From Pelagibacteraceae bacterium AG-426-P20 (GTDB taxonomy: Bacteria > Pseudomonadota > Alphaproteobacteria > Pelagibacterales > Pelagibacteraceae): a stretch of 62,276 bases of DNA. The DNA lies in contig QCNX01000001.1 of assembly GCA_003210015.1 (NCBI GenBank), positions 1-62,276 of the forward strand, written 5' to 3'. The translations under genes and the position numbers were made by a program. Of this stretch, positions 38,610 through 47,681 are shown one piece after another. The stretch's first letter is position 1. Every line of letters starts with the position of its first letter. Below the pieces are notes generated by a model. It was not told where the DNA came from and searched no databases. It saw only the letters and a program-made list of their open reading frames with translations.

Positions 38610-39464
38610 CTATCGGTTTATTCCTCTGAGTCTCTCAGATCTTCTTCTTAAGAGTTCAGCAGTAACTAAAATTAACGTTGATAATATAATTAGACAAGTT
38701 GCTACAGCTAGAATAGTTGGACTTAGCTGTTCTCTTAAACCTGTCCACATCTGAATTGGTATAGTGGTATTTTCAAGTCCAGCTAAAAATAAAACAACTA
38801 CAACTTCATCAAATGATGTTACGAATGCAAATAATCCACCTGAAATAACACCAGGTAAAATTAATGGTAAAGTAATTTTCATAAAAGTATTTACAGGATT
38901 ACTTCCAAGACTTGCTGCAGCTCTTGTTACGCTATGATCAAATCCTGATAATGTGGCTGTAACAGTAATTACAACAAATGGTGTTCCTAAAATAATATGA
39001 GCAAGAACTATTCCTGTGTGTGTAGCTGCCAAACCGGCTTTTGCCATGAAGAAAAATATTGCTACACCTGAAATAATTAAAGGAACAATCATTGGAGAGA
39101 TTAGTACCGCCATAATAATACCCTTATATGGCATGTGTCGGCTGCTTAATCCCAATGCAGCAACAGTTCCGAGTAATACAGATCCTATAGTTGCAAAAAT
39201 TGCAATTATAAAACTATTCTTAGCTGCTAAACCCCATGGGTTTTTTGTTCCATAAATCATATCTTTATACCATCTCAATGAAAAAGCATCTGGATCTAAT
39301 CTCTTCATTCCATCAGAAAAACTTAAAAACTCTTCTGCATTAAAAGACAGTGGAAATATTACAAATAATGGTGCAATTAAAAAAAAGAAAACTGCTCCAC
39401 ATATAGTCAAATAAAAATAGTGCCAAATTCTATAATGTAATTCTGTATGTTTTGGTAAAGCCAT
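38610..39464 (-). CDS. potC: PotC-like ABC permease
   Basis: PMIVP, RAAASLG (EAA loop), SFDEVVV. Confidence 0.85.
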   Translation of the reverse strand: MALPKHTELHYRIWHYFYLTICGAVFFFLIAPLFVIFPLSFNAEEFLSFSDGMKRLDPDAFSLRWYKDMIYGTKNPWGLAAKNSFIIAIFATIGSVLLGTVAALGLSSRHMPYKGIIMAVLISPMIVPLIISGVAIFFFMAKAGLAATHTGIVLAHIILGTPFVVITVTATLSGFDHSVTRAAASLGSNPVNTFMKITLPLILPGVISGGLFAFVTSFDEVVVVLFLAGLENTTIPIQMWTGLREQLSPTILAVATCLIILSTLILVTAELLRRRSERLRGINR

Positions 39465-39469
39465 TATAT

Positions 39470-40723
39470 TTATCCTAATTTGATATTATCTATTCCAACT
39501 AATTTGTTATAAACCCAATAAATCGCCAAAACTCCACTAAGCAACATTAAGCCCATTGCTGAAGCAAAGCTCCAATCAAGTGTACTTTTCATATGAAAAG
39601 CAATTTGATTACTTATTAATGTACCGGATGCCCCACCAACTAAGGCAGGTGTAATATAATAGCCAATCGCTAATATGAAACACAACAAACATCCTGCTCC
39701 GATACCAGGGATGGTTAATGGAAAATAAACTTTCCAAAAAGCTACTATTGGCGTTCCACCTAATGATTTTCCAGCTCTCATTAAGCTTGGCGAAATAGTT
39801 TTCATAACACTATAAAGAGGCAAAACCATAAAAGGGAGCAATATCTGTGTCATTGCTACATACGTTCCAGTTTTATTATACATCATCTCAGGTCTTGCAT
39901 CGTCAGCAACCAAACCTATTCCAACAAAAAAATCATTAACGACTCCTTGTTGTTGCAACAAAATCATCCAACTGGCAGTTCTTACAAGTAATGATGTCCA
40001 AAACGGAAGCAGAACGCATATCATTAGTAAGTTACTGTACTTCATTGGTAAAGTAGCTAACAAATGAGCTATTGGATAGGCCATCAAAAAACAAAATAGT
40101 GTAACAAAGAATGCTATTTCTAAAGTTCTTAGCCATAAAATTCTATGAATTCTTCTATCTTCTTCAACGCTAACTATCTCTCCACTTTCATTCTTATACA
40201 TATCCATGCCTTTAAGATATTTTTGACCGGTAATAGCTGGAGCTCTTCGTTTAATTGCTTTCCAATATTCAACATCTGCCCATCTTTTGTGAACAGCCAT
40301 TATTTGTTCTTTGTAATTTCCCTCTTCAAAATTTTTTGATTTTCTTCTTAATTTTTTAATAATACTTTTGAAACCATTTTTTGTGTAATTAAGCTGTGTA
40401 GATAATTTTCCTTCACGTTTTTCATCAACTAATTGTCTAAAATCTAGATAAAAAGCTTCAAAAACTTCTTCCTCTGGTAATTCTTTTCCATCCCACTTTT
40501 CCATTGCTTTAAATGTTTTAGGAAGCATTTCAGTTACCATTTTATCATCAACACTTCTCAAAAGCATGTCACCAATAGGAAACACATACGTGATAATTAA
40601 AAATAATAATAACGGAGCAACTAGTAAGAAAGCTTTTATTTTATTTCTTCTCTCAGCTTTCTTTAGACTTACCTCTAAAGGAATTCCATCAGTTGTTAAA
40701 ATTTGTTTTGTTTCTGAGCTCAT
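39470..40723 (-). CDS. potB: PotB-like ABC permease
   Basis: LPFWTSLLVR, LPFMVLPLY, GYYITPALVGG. Confidence 0.85.
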   Translation of the reverse strand: MSSETKQILTTDGIPLEVSLKKAERRNKIKAFLLVAPLLLFLIITYVFPIGDMLLRSVDDKMVTEMLPKTFKAMEKWDGKELPEEEVFEAFYLDFRQLVDEKREGKLSTQLNYTKNGFKSIIKKLRRKSKNFEEGNYKEQIMAVHKRWADVEYWKAIKRRAPAITGQKYLKGMDMYKNESGEIVSVEEDRRIHRILWLRTLEIAFFVTLFCFLMAYPIAHLLATLPMKYSNLLMICVLLPFWTSLLVRTASWMILLQQQGVVNDFFVGIGLVADDARPEMMYNKTGTYVAMTQILLPFMVLPLYSVMKTISPSLMRAGKSLGGTPIVAFWKVYFPLTIPGIGAGCLLCFILAIGYYITPALVGGASGTLISNQIAFHMKSTLDWSFASAMGLMLLSGVLAIYWVYNKLVGIDNIKLG

Positions 40724-40726
40724 AAT

Positions 40727-40757
40727 AAAAAAGGGCGGTTATTAAATAACCGCCCTT
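40727..40757 (-). terminator. Intra-operon terminator/stabilising hairpin after the solute-binding protein gene
   Basis: AAGGGCGGTTAT-TAA-ATAACCGCCCTT perfect stem with a U-run on the minus strand. Confidence 0.85.
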
Positions 40758-40794
40758 AAATTATAATATATAATTAAGTTTAATAAAACTTAAA

Positions 40795-41916
40795 TTATAG
40801 ACCAGCTTTCATAGCTTCCCACTTCTCACCAAGCTCTGTTCCGTTATCAGCCCAGAAAATTGGGTCAACTAAGAAATAGTTTTTAGTGTTTTGTGGTGCA
40901 GTTGGCATTTGTGGTACCATATTAGTTTTACCATCTTTATACCAAGGCTCCCCTGCTTCCATAATCGCTATAGAAGATTTTCTCCAAGGAGCGTATGCGA
41001 TATATTTCGCACTTCCTGCTAACATCTCTGTACTAGTCATCATAGCTAAAGCTTTTTTGGCCATACCATTAGCATCGTTTGGTCCACCCTTAACTTGAAC
41101 GAAATATTCGTAGTCAAGACCTTGTCCATCCCATACTTGTACGATTGGCGCACCTTCTCCAACTTCTGCGTTAAAGAATCTGCCATTCCAACCTGTAGCC
41201 ATTACAACTTCACCTGAAACTAATAATTCTGGTGGTTGAGCACCTGCAGACCAAAATACACATCCACCTTTTGGATCTGTACATAATTCTTTGATCTTGT
41301 TCATAGCTCTTTCAACACCTTTCTCAGTGTTTAAAGCTTTGTAGATTTTTGCTCCACCTTTTCCTGGTTTGATACCATCTGCAGCTAACGCGATCTCTAA
41401 GTTAGTTAAAGCGCTTTTGTAGATAGCTCTTTTTCCAGGGAATTTTTTAGTGTTAAAGAAATCTTTGATAGTCTTTGGAGTGCCTTTAACATTGTTTTTG
41501 TTATAAGCGTAGTTCCAAGAATATAAAATATTTCCTACAGCACATTTACTTGGCATTGAAGTAAAGAAGTCTTTACTTGCAGGAGTTCCATCTGGTGCAG
41601 GTGGGAAATCTTTGTCAAAATCAAATTCAACAAATAATCCTTCATCGCAACCATTGATAGTGTCCATAGCAAATACGTCGATTATATCCCACGTAATTTT
41701 GCCAGCCTCTTTTTGTGCTTTGATCTCTGATAATCCACCTGAATAGTCAACCCAGTTAATTGTAATACCAAGTTTCTTACCAGTAGGATCACCATAACCT
41801 AACTTTTGAGACTCTGTGTAAGCTCCACCCCAAGACACTGCAGTTACTGCAAATGCTGAAGTAGTTACAGAGATAGCAAAAGAAATGGCTAGTAATAATT
41901 TACTAATTGTCTTCAT
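40795..41916 (-). CDS. potD: PotD-like periplasmic solute-binding protein
   Basis: ATG at 41916 with SD GGAGG, signal peptide, SWGGAYTESQ, WNGR; substrate uncertain. Confidence 0.85.
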   Translation of the reverse strand: MKTISKLLLAISFAISVTTSAFAVTAVSWGGAYTESQKLGYGDPTGKKLGITINWVDYSGGLSEIKAQKEAGKITWDIIDVFAMDTINGCDEGLFVEFDFDKDFPPAPDGTPASKDFFTSMPSKCAVGNILYSWNYAYNKNNVKGTPKTIKDFFNTKKFPGKRAIYKSALTNLEIALAADGIKPGKGGAKIYKALNTEKGVERAMNKIKELCTDPKGGCVFWSAGAQPPELLVSGEVVMATGWNGRFFNAEVGEGAPIVQVWDGQGLDYEYFVQVKGGPNDANGMAKKALAMMTSTEMLAGSAKYIAYAPWRKSSIAIMEAGEPWYKDGKTNMVPQMPTAPQNTKNYFLVDPIFWADNGTELGEKWEAMKAGL

Positions 41917-42008
41917 TTTTCCTCCGTTTAAACGTTTTTTTAAAAAACAGATTACAACAAGATAGATAATGAGAGTCAACAGCCCATTTTACCTAATTTA
42001 ACGATATA

Positions 42009-43088
42009 TTACTTGGGATCTAGAGCTCTTGCGTCTTCACTGTTCCAGCCTATCTTGATATCTTTACCAAGCTTAATATCCATATTGGCTGAGCTATTTG
42101 GAACTTTTAAAATAAATTGGTTATTTCCTAAAATGTTAATTCTAACTCTTGTATGGTCTCCGTGATATATAACCTCCTCAATTTTTCCTGAGTGAATGTT
42201 GTCCATTTTATCACTTGGATTAATCAAAGCCCTCTCAGGTCTTAAAGAAATTTTTGTTTTTTCTCCTTTGCCTTTAACAGATATAGGATTAGCTAATATT
42301 TCTGTATTAGCTATTTTAACTTTACACTTTCCACCAGAAATATCAGAAACTTCTCCAGCAAAAGTATTATTTTCTCCTATAAATTCAGCCACAAATGAGT
42401 TTACAGGCTTTTCATATAATTCATCAGGACTTGAAAGCTGCTGAACTTTTCCATCATTAAATACTGCTATTCTATTTGACATTGTTAAAGCTTCACTTTG
42501 GTCGTGAGTTACATAAACAACTGTTACCCCAATACTTTCATGTATATGTTTAATTTCATATTGCATGCTTTCTCTTAAATTTTTATCTAAAGCTCCTAAA
42601 GGTTCATCCATTAAAACTAATTGTGGATCAAATACTAATGATCTTGCAACAGCAACCCTTTGTTGTTGTCCACCAGATAACTGTCCTGGCATCCTTTCAG
42701 CAAAACCTTGAAGAGATACCATTGATAGCGCCTTATCAATTTTTTTATCTGCCTCATCTTTTGGAATTTTTCTAACTCTAAGTGGGAAAGCTAAATTTTC
42801 ATAAACTGTCATGTGAGGGAACAAAGCATAGTTTTGAAATACCATTCCAATACCTCTTTTATGAGGAGGAATACTTGATATTGCTCTGCCATCTAAATAA
42901 ATTTCACCATGTGTTGGTGTTTCAAATCCCGCTAACATCATTAAGCAAGTGGTTTTACCAGAACCAGAGGGTCCCAACATTGTAACAAACTCACCCTCTT
43001 CGATATCTAATTGAAGATCTTTAACAACTAAAGTTTTACCGTCGTAACTCTTGTCTACTTTATCAAATTTTACGAATTCTTTATTCAT
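42009..43088 (-). CDS. potA: PotA-like ABC ATPase
   Basis: GPSGSGKT, VFQNYALFPH, LSGGQQQR, DEPLGALD, TOBE-like tail. Confidence 0.9.
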   Translation of the reverse strand: MNKEFVKFDKVDKSYDGKTLVVKDLQLDIEEGEFVTMLGPSGSGKTTCLMMLAGFETPTHGEIYLDGRAISSIPPHKRGIGMVFQNYALFPHMTVYENLAFPLRVRKIPKDEADKKIDKALSMVSLQGFAERMPGQLSGGQQQRVAVARSLVFDPQLVLMDEPLGALDKNLRESMQYEIKHIHESIGVTVVYVTHDQSEALTMSNRIAVFNDGKVQQLSSPDELYEKPVNSFVAEFIGENNTFAGEVSDISGGKCKVKIANTEILANPISVKGKGEKTKISLRPERALINPSDKMDNIHSGKIEEVIYHGDHTRVRINILGNNQFILKVPNSSANMDIKLGKDIKIGWNSEDARALDPK

Positions 43089-43144
43089 TGAAATAATTTA
43101 ATGAATTTAAAACATTTGTGAGAATAAATATCAACCCCTAATAT

Positions 43145-44314
43145 CTAGCTTTTAATATGAAGATCTTTAGAAAAATTACAAAATAGCTCTGAACCTTTAT
43201 CTGTAACTCTTATAGCCTCAGAAGCTTCAACTCCCCAATTTCCAAATTGCATTACTGCAATCATGTGAAAAGTAACGTTAGGTTGTAATACTGTCATATC
43301 ACCTTTTGATATATTTAAAGTATGCTCTCCCCAGTCTGGTGGATAACCTATACCAATAGAATATCCAGTTCTTGAAGTTTTTTCTATTCCATACTTATCT
43401 AATACTTTCCAGAAAGCCTGCGCAACATCATCTGCTGTATTACCGGCTTTAACAAGATCAATACCTGCTTGAAGTGCCTCGTTTGTTTTTTTCATCGTAT
43501 CGATTTTCTTTTGGTCTGGTTTACCTAGTAAAACTGTTCTTGCCATTGGACAATGATATTTTTTATTAACTCCTGATAATTCAATAATTGTAGCTTCTCC
43601 CTCTACAAATTTATCTTCTGACCATGTTAAGTGTGAGGCCGATGTGCCTTTTCCTGTTGGTATCATTGGGACAATAGATGAGTAATCGCCTCCAAATTCG
43701 GGCGTTCCTTTTATTAATGTAGTATAAATTTCTGAAACTGCATCGCACTGTCTTACCCCAGGACTAATAGCATCAAAAGCTTTTTTCATTCCTAATTCAG
43801 TAATTTGAGCTGCTGCTTTCATAAACTTTATTTCAGCATCTGATTTAACAACTCTAACCCAATTGACTAATCTTTCACAATCTAAAACTTTAGCATTAGG
43901 TAAACCTTGTTTAATTTTTTCATAACAATAAGCTGTGAAATAATGGCTATCCATTTCTAGGCCTATAGAAAGTTTATCCCACTTTCTTTCTTTAATAAGA
44001 TCTACAAGTGCATCATAAGGATGTAGTGGCCAAGTATGGATATATTTCTCATGATACTTAATTATATTTTCATCTTTAAGATAAGTTTTAATATACGCTC
44101 CACCCGCATCTTGATTTCTAACAAAACAAATCGGCTCTTCAGCATTCACATGTACTATTACACATTGAGCATAATAAAATGACCACGCATCATAACCTGT
44201 TAGATAATTCATATTAGATGGGTCTTGTGAGATTAATAGCTCAATACCTTTTTTCTGCATTGAAGCTTGAACTTTTTTTAATCTTGATTTGTATTCGTCA
44301 TTAGTAAAATTCAT
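43145..44314 (-). CDS. doeA: Ectoine hydrolase-like M24 protein (DoeA/EutD)
   Basis: NMNYLTGYDAWSFY, LVNWVR.VKS, SASHLTW, YHCPMART, RTGYSIGIGYPPDWGEHT. Confidence 0.8.
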   Translation of the reverse strand: MNFTNDEYKSRLKKVQASMQKKGIELLISQDPSNMNYLTGYDAWSFYYAQCVIVHVNAEEPICFVRNQDAGGAYIKTYLKDENIIKYHEKYIHTWPLHPYDALVDLIKERKWDKLSIGLEMDSHYFTAYCYEKIKQGLPNAKVLDCERLVNWVRVVKSDAEIKFMKAAAQITELGMKKAFDAISPGVRQCDAVSEIYTTLIKGTPEFGGDYSSIVPMIPTGKGTSASHLTWSEDKFVEGEATIIELSGVNKKYHCPMARTVLLGKPDQKKIDTMKKTNEALQAGIDLVKAGNTADDVAQAFWKVLDKYGIEKTSRTGYSIGIGYPPDWGEHTLNISKGDMTVLQPNVTFHMIAVMQFGNWGVEASEAIRVTDKGSELFCNFSKDLHIKS

Positions 44315-44317
44315 AAT

Positions 44318-45061
44318 TTAATTATTAAATAATTCACCAAATCCTTCAACTTTATTATTATAATTTATTTCCTTAAGAGTATCCCAAATTAAAGTTTGGT
44401 TGCTTGATAAAACAACTTTATTTATCTTTTTTTCTAATTCATTGATAACTGAAAGCACTGGTAACGCTGTGCAAGAAACAAATAAAGCATCGCTCTTGGA
44501 TAAATCTATTTTTACAAGAGTGTCAAACACATGTTGTGGATCAACTTTACCGATATCTAAATCTGAGGCAATATCAAAATAAGAAAGTTCATCAATTTCT
44601 ATATTTTCTTTTTTAAAATAATTAATTACTGATTGATTAATCTCATCTGTATAAGGAGTAAAAATTGATAATCTTTTTATCTTTAAACTTTTAAGTGCAT
44701 TTATTGCAGATGTTATTGGTGTTGTAACTTTGGTATTTGGTTTTGCTAAATTAACTTTTTTATGAATTGATTGATACCCTGCAGCAATTGTTCCTGAGGT
44801 ACATCCGTATGCAACACAATCTAATTCTTGATCTGGCAAAATATCCTTGGTAACTTTTGGAATATCGTCTGCCATTTTTTTTAACGTTTCGTTAGTTAAG
44901 GGATTGTAGCATTTAATTCTATTGCAGTATAAATCTATGTCCTTACCATAAATTACATTATTAAAATCTTTTTCAATTCTAAAATCACTAGCTAATGTAA
45001 TTAATCCTATCCTTGGATTATGCTTTTTTAGATATTTTGGTTCTATCTTAGTTAATTTCAT
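44318..45061 (-). CDS. eutA: Asp/Glu racemase-maleate isomerase family protein (EutA-like)
   Basis: RIGLITLASD, YGCTSG, TPY, FVSCTAL, SSNQ. Confidence 0.7.
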   Translation of the reverse strand: MKLTKIEPKYLKKHNPRIGLITLASDFRIEKDFNNVIYGKDIDLYCNRIKCYNPLTNETLKKMADDIPKVTKDILPDQELDCVAYGCTSGTIAAGYQSIHKKVNLAKPNTKVTTPITSAINALKSLKIKRLSIFTPYTDEINQSVINYFKKENIEIDELSYFDIASDLDIGKVDPQHVFDTLVKIDLSKSDALFVSCTALPVLSVINELEKKINKVVLSSNQTLIWDTLKEINYNNKVEGFGELFNN

Positions 45062-45068
45062 TTAAAGC

Positions 45069-45094
45069 TTGATTAAATATATATTGATTAAATA
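45069..45094. promoter_or_regulatory. 11-bp direct repeat in the divergent promoter region
   Basis: TTGATTAAATA at 45069-45079 and 45084-45094. Confidence 0.35.
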
Positions 45095-45201
45095 GTCTAG
45101 TTAAATTACAGTCTTGTTTGAGCGATACATAACTCGTCGATATTTACAAAATACGAAAGTGGGATCAATCGTCTTAGATTTAATTATTTAAGGAGGTTAG
45201 A

Positions 45202-46307
45202 ATGAAATTTGGTTACTTTTGCAATACCACAAACTGGGATCACAAACCCTATAATCAATTATTAGATGAAACTAAAGAGATCACAACTTACTGTGATGAA
45301 AATAACTGGAACTCTATTTGGTATACCGAACATCACTTTAATCATGAAGGAATGGAGTCTTGTACTAACCCAATAATGATGGGTGTTGATGCTGCTGCAA
45401 GGACTAAACAAATAAGAATAGGTCAAGCTTGTAATGTTATCACTTTCCATAACCCAATAAGATTAGCAGAGGACATCGCTTTATTAGATCAATTATCAAA
45501 TGGAAGAGTCGAGGTTGGAATTGGCAGAGGCATCTATGGAAGAGAAGCTATTAATATGAATAAAGAGGCTGACCTTAAAGATCAGGCTAAGAATTTTAGA
45601 TTATTTGATGAAACATTAACTATAATGAAAAAAGCTTGGACTGAAGAGTTTTTTAGTCACAAGGGTGAATTTTATACTTATCCATCACCAAATTTTGTTT
45701 GGCAACATGATATGAGTCCACCAAGTGAAAAGTTTTTAGATACAAAAACAAATGAAATTAAAAAAATAAGTATTGTTCCAAAACCAAAACAGGCGCCCCA
45801 TCCTCCTATTTGGCAGGTGGTAGATGGTGCAAGATCAATTGAATGGGCAGCTCAAAACGGTTTGAATACTATAATGTGGATACCTACTGTAAAAGCGTTA
45901 AAGAAAAGATTTGAGATATATAGAGATGCAAAATCAAAAGCTGAAAATAGAGATGTTCCATTAGGTGAAGGAATTTCTTTAGTTAGAGATATGTTTGTTG
46001 CAGAAACAATGGAAGAAGCAGAAAAATTAGCTGGAGAACATATTATAAATTACCAGAGACAAAGCATAAATTGGATCTTCTTAACTACGATTTCTTACAT
46101 AAAAGAAATTTATTATTTGGCACTCCTGAGTATGTAGTAAATAAAATTAATGAATTGAAATCAGAATTAAATTTACAAAACTTGCAAGTTTGGTCAAACT
46201 TCCCAGGAATTGATCATAAAGCTTGTATGAGAAGTATAAAACTGTTTAATGATGAAGTGATACCTAAAATTAATTTTGATAACGACGATATTGAGAAAGC
46301 TAGTTAG
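45202..46307 (+). pseudogene. Luciferase-like flavin monooxygenase (LLM; TgnB position), split by a frameshift near 46050
   Basis: SD AAGGAGG; WYTEHH, HNPIRLAEDIALLDQLSNGRVEVGIGRG, PHPPIW. The LLM C-terminus (LFGTPEYV, SIKLFNDEVIP) is in another frame (46071..46307 ORF). Confidence 0.8.
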
Positions 46308-46894
46308 TGAAACTTGAATTAAGAAAGTTTACAAAGTTCGTTGATAAAACTTTTATTGAGGGTGGTAAAGAAGCTAAGGAACCAGTTTTAATGGTTTCAG
46401 TGGCAGCTATTTTTAAAAACCCTTGGGCTGGACAAGGATTTGTTGAAGATTTAAAACCGATTATTTTAGATTTGGCACCAAAACTTGGCGACATATTAGT
46501 ACCAGAGTTAATTAAAGAAATTGGATCACCTGAAAAAATTTTAGCTTACGGTAAAGCTGGCACTGTAGGATTGAACGGTGAAATAGAACATGCATCAGCC
46601 TTTATTCATACTTTAAGATTTGGTAATAAATTTAGAGATGCAGTTGGTGGTACATCATATTTAAGTTTTACAAATACAAGAGGGCCAGCAGGATCCAAGA
46701 TTTCTATTCCTATGATGCATAAAACAGACTCTGGTTTAAGACCCTATTATTTAACTCACGAATTTACTATTCATGATGCTCCGTTTGATGATGAAATTGT
46801 AATTGCAATTGGTGGTGCTTCAAGTGGAAGAGCTCATGCTAGAACTGGAGATCGTTATCAAGATATGAAAGAAATGGGATTAGATCCCAAATAA
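46307..46894 (+). CDS. 'Amino acid synthesis' (AA_synth/DUF1185) family protein, TgnF-like
   Basis: NPWAGQGFVEDL, AYGKAGTVGLNGEIEHASAFIHTLRFGN, DAP.DDEI, GRAHAR.GDRY. Confidence 0.85.
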   Translation: MKLELRKFTKFVDKTFIEGGKEAKEPVLMVSVAAIFKNPWAGQGFVEDLKPIILDLAPKLGDILVPELIKEIGSPEKILAYGKAGTVGLNGEIEHASAFIHTLRFGNKFRDAVGGTSYLSFTNTRGPAGSKISIPMMHKTDSGLRPYYLTHEFTIHDAPFDDEIVIAIGGASSGRAHARTGDRYQDMKEMGLDPK

Positions 46895-46898
46895 TCTA

Positions 46899-47681
46899 AT
46901 GTCCCTAAATTTTGATCCAAATCAAAATTATTATTTCTTTAATAAAAAAAATACTATTCCTATTGTATTTATCCATGGAGTGGGTCTTGATCATCAAATG
47001 TGGGATTATCAAATCAATTACTTCAATGAATATTCAACTCTAACTTATGATTTATTAGGACATGGAAAAACATCATGTAATAAAGACAAACTTAGTCTTA
47101 AGGATTTTTCAAATCAACTTTTAGAAATTTTAGATCATTTGGGAGTTGAAAAAATAAATCTTATAGGTTTTTCTTTAGGCTCTTTAATTGCATTAGATTT
47201 TTCATCTCATTTTCAAAAAAAAGTGGAAAAACTTATATTAATTGGCACTACTTATAAAAGATCAGATGAAGAGAGATCGCTTGTATTAGATAGATATAAT
47301 CAAGCAAAATTAAATAAACCAATATCTAAACAAGCTTTGAAAAGATGGTTTAGTGACAAATACCTTGAGGATAATCCAAAAACTTATGATTTGTTTATGA
47401 AAATCCTAAATAAAGAACCGAAGGATCACAAAAACTTTCTCAAAGCTTATGAATTATTTGCTAATCATTATGATGATTTTGAAGCCATTAAAAAAATAGA
47501 CAGAAAAACTTTAATAATGACTGGTTCAGATGATGTTGGCTCTACTCCAGCAATGTCTAAAGAATTAGTAAAAGACCTTGTTAATTCTACTTATATTGAA
47601 ATTAAAAATGGAAAACATCTTTGTAGTATAGAATGTGCAGATGATGTTAATATGAAAATTAAAAATTTTATTAATAACTAA
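46899..47681 (+). CDS. Alpha/beta hydrolase, TgnD-like
   Basis: HGVGLD, YDLLGHG, GFSLG nucleophile elbow, TGSDDVGSTP, catalytic His in GKHL. Confidence 0.85.
   Translation: MSLNFDPNQNYYFFNKKNTIPIVFIHGVGLDHQMWDYQINYFNEYSTLTYDLLGHGKTSCNKDKLSLKDFSNQLLEILDHLGVEKINLIGFSLGSLIALDFSSHFQKKVEKLILIGTTYKRSDEERSLVLDRYNQAKLNKPISKQALKRWFSDKYLEDNPKTYDLFMKILNKEPKDHKNFLKAYELFANHYDDFEAIKKIDRKTLIMTGSDDVGSTPAMSKELVKDLVNSTYIEIKNGKHLCSIECADDVNMKIKNFINN

Noticed and set aside
46071-46307. Independent 78-aa gene
   Set aside because: It is the C-terminal part of the frameshifted LLM
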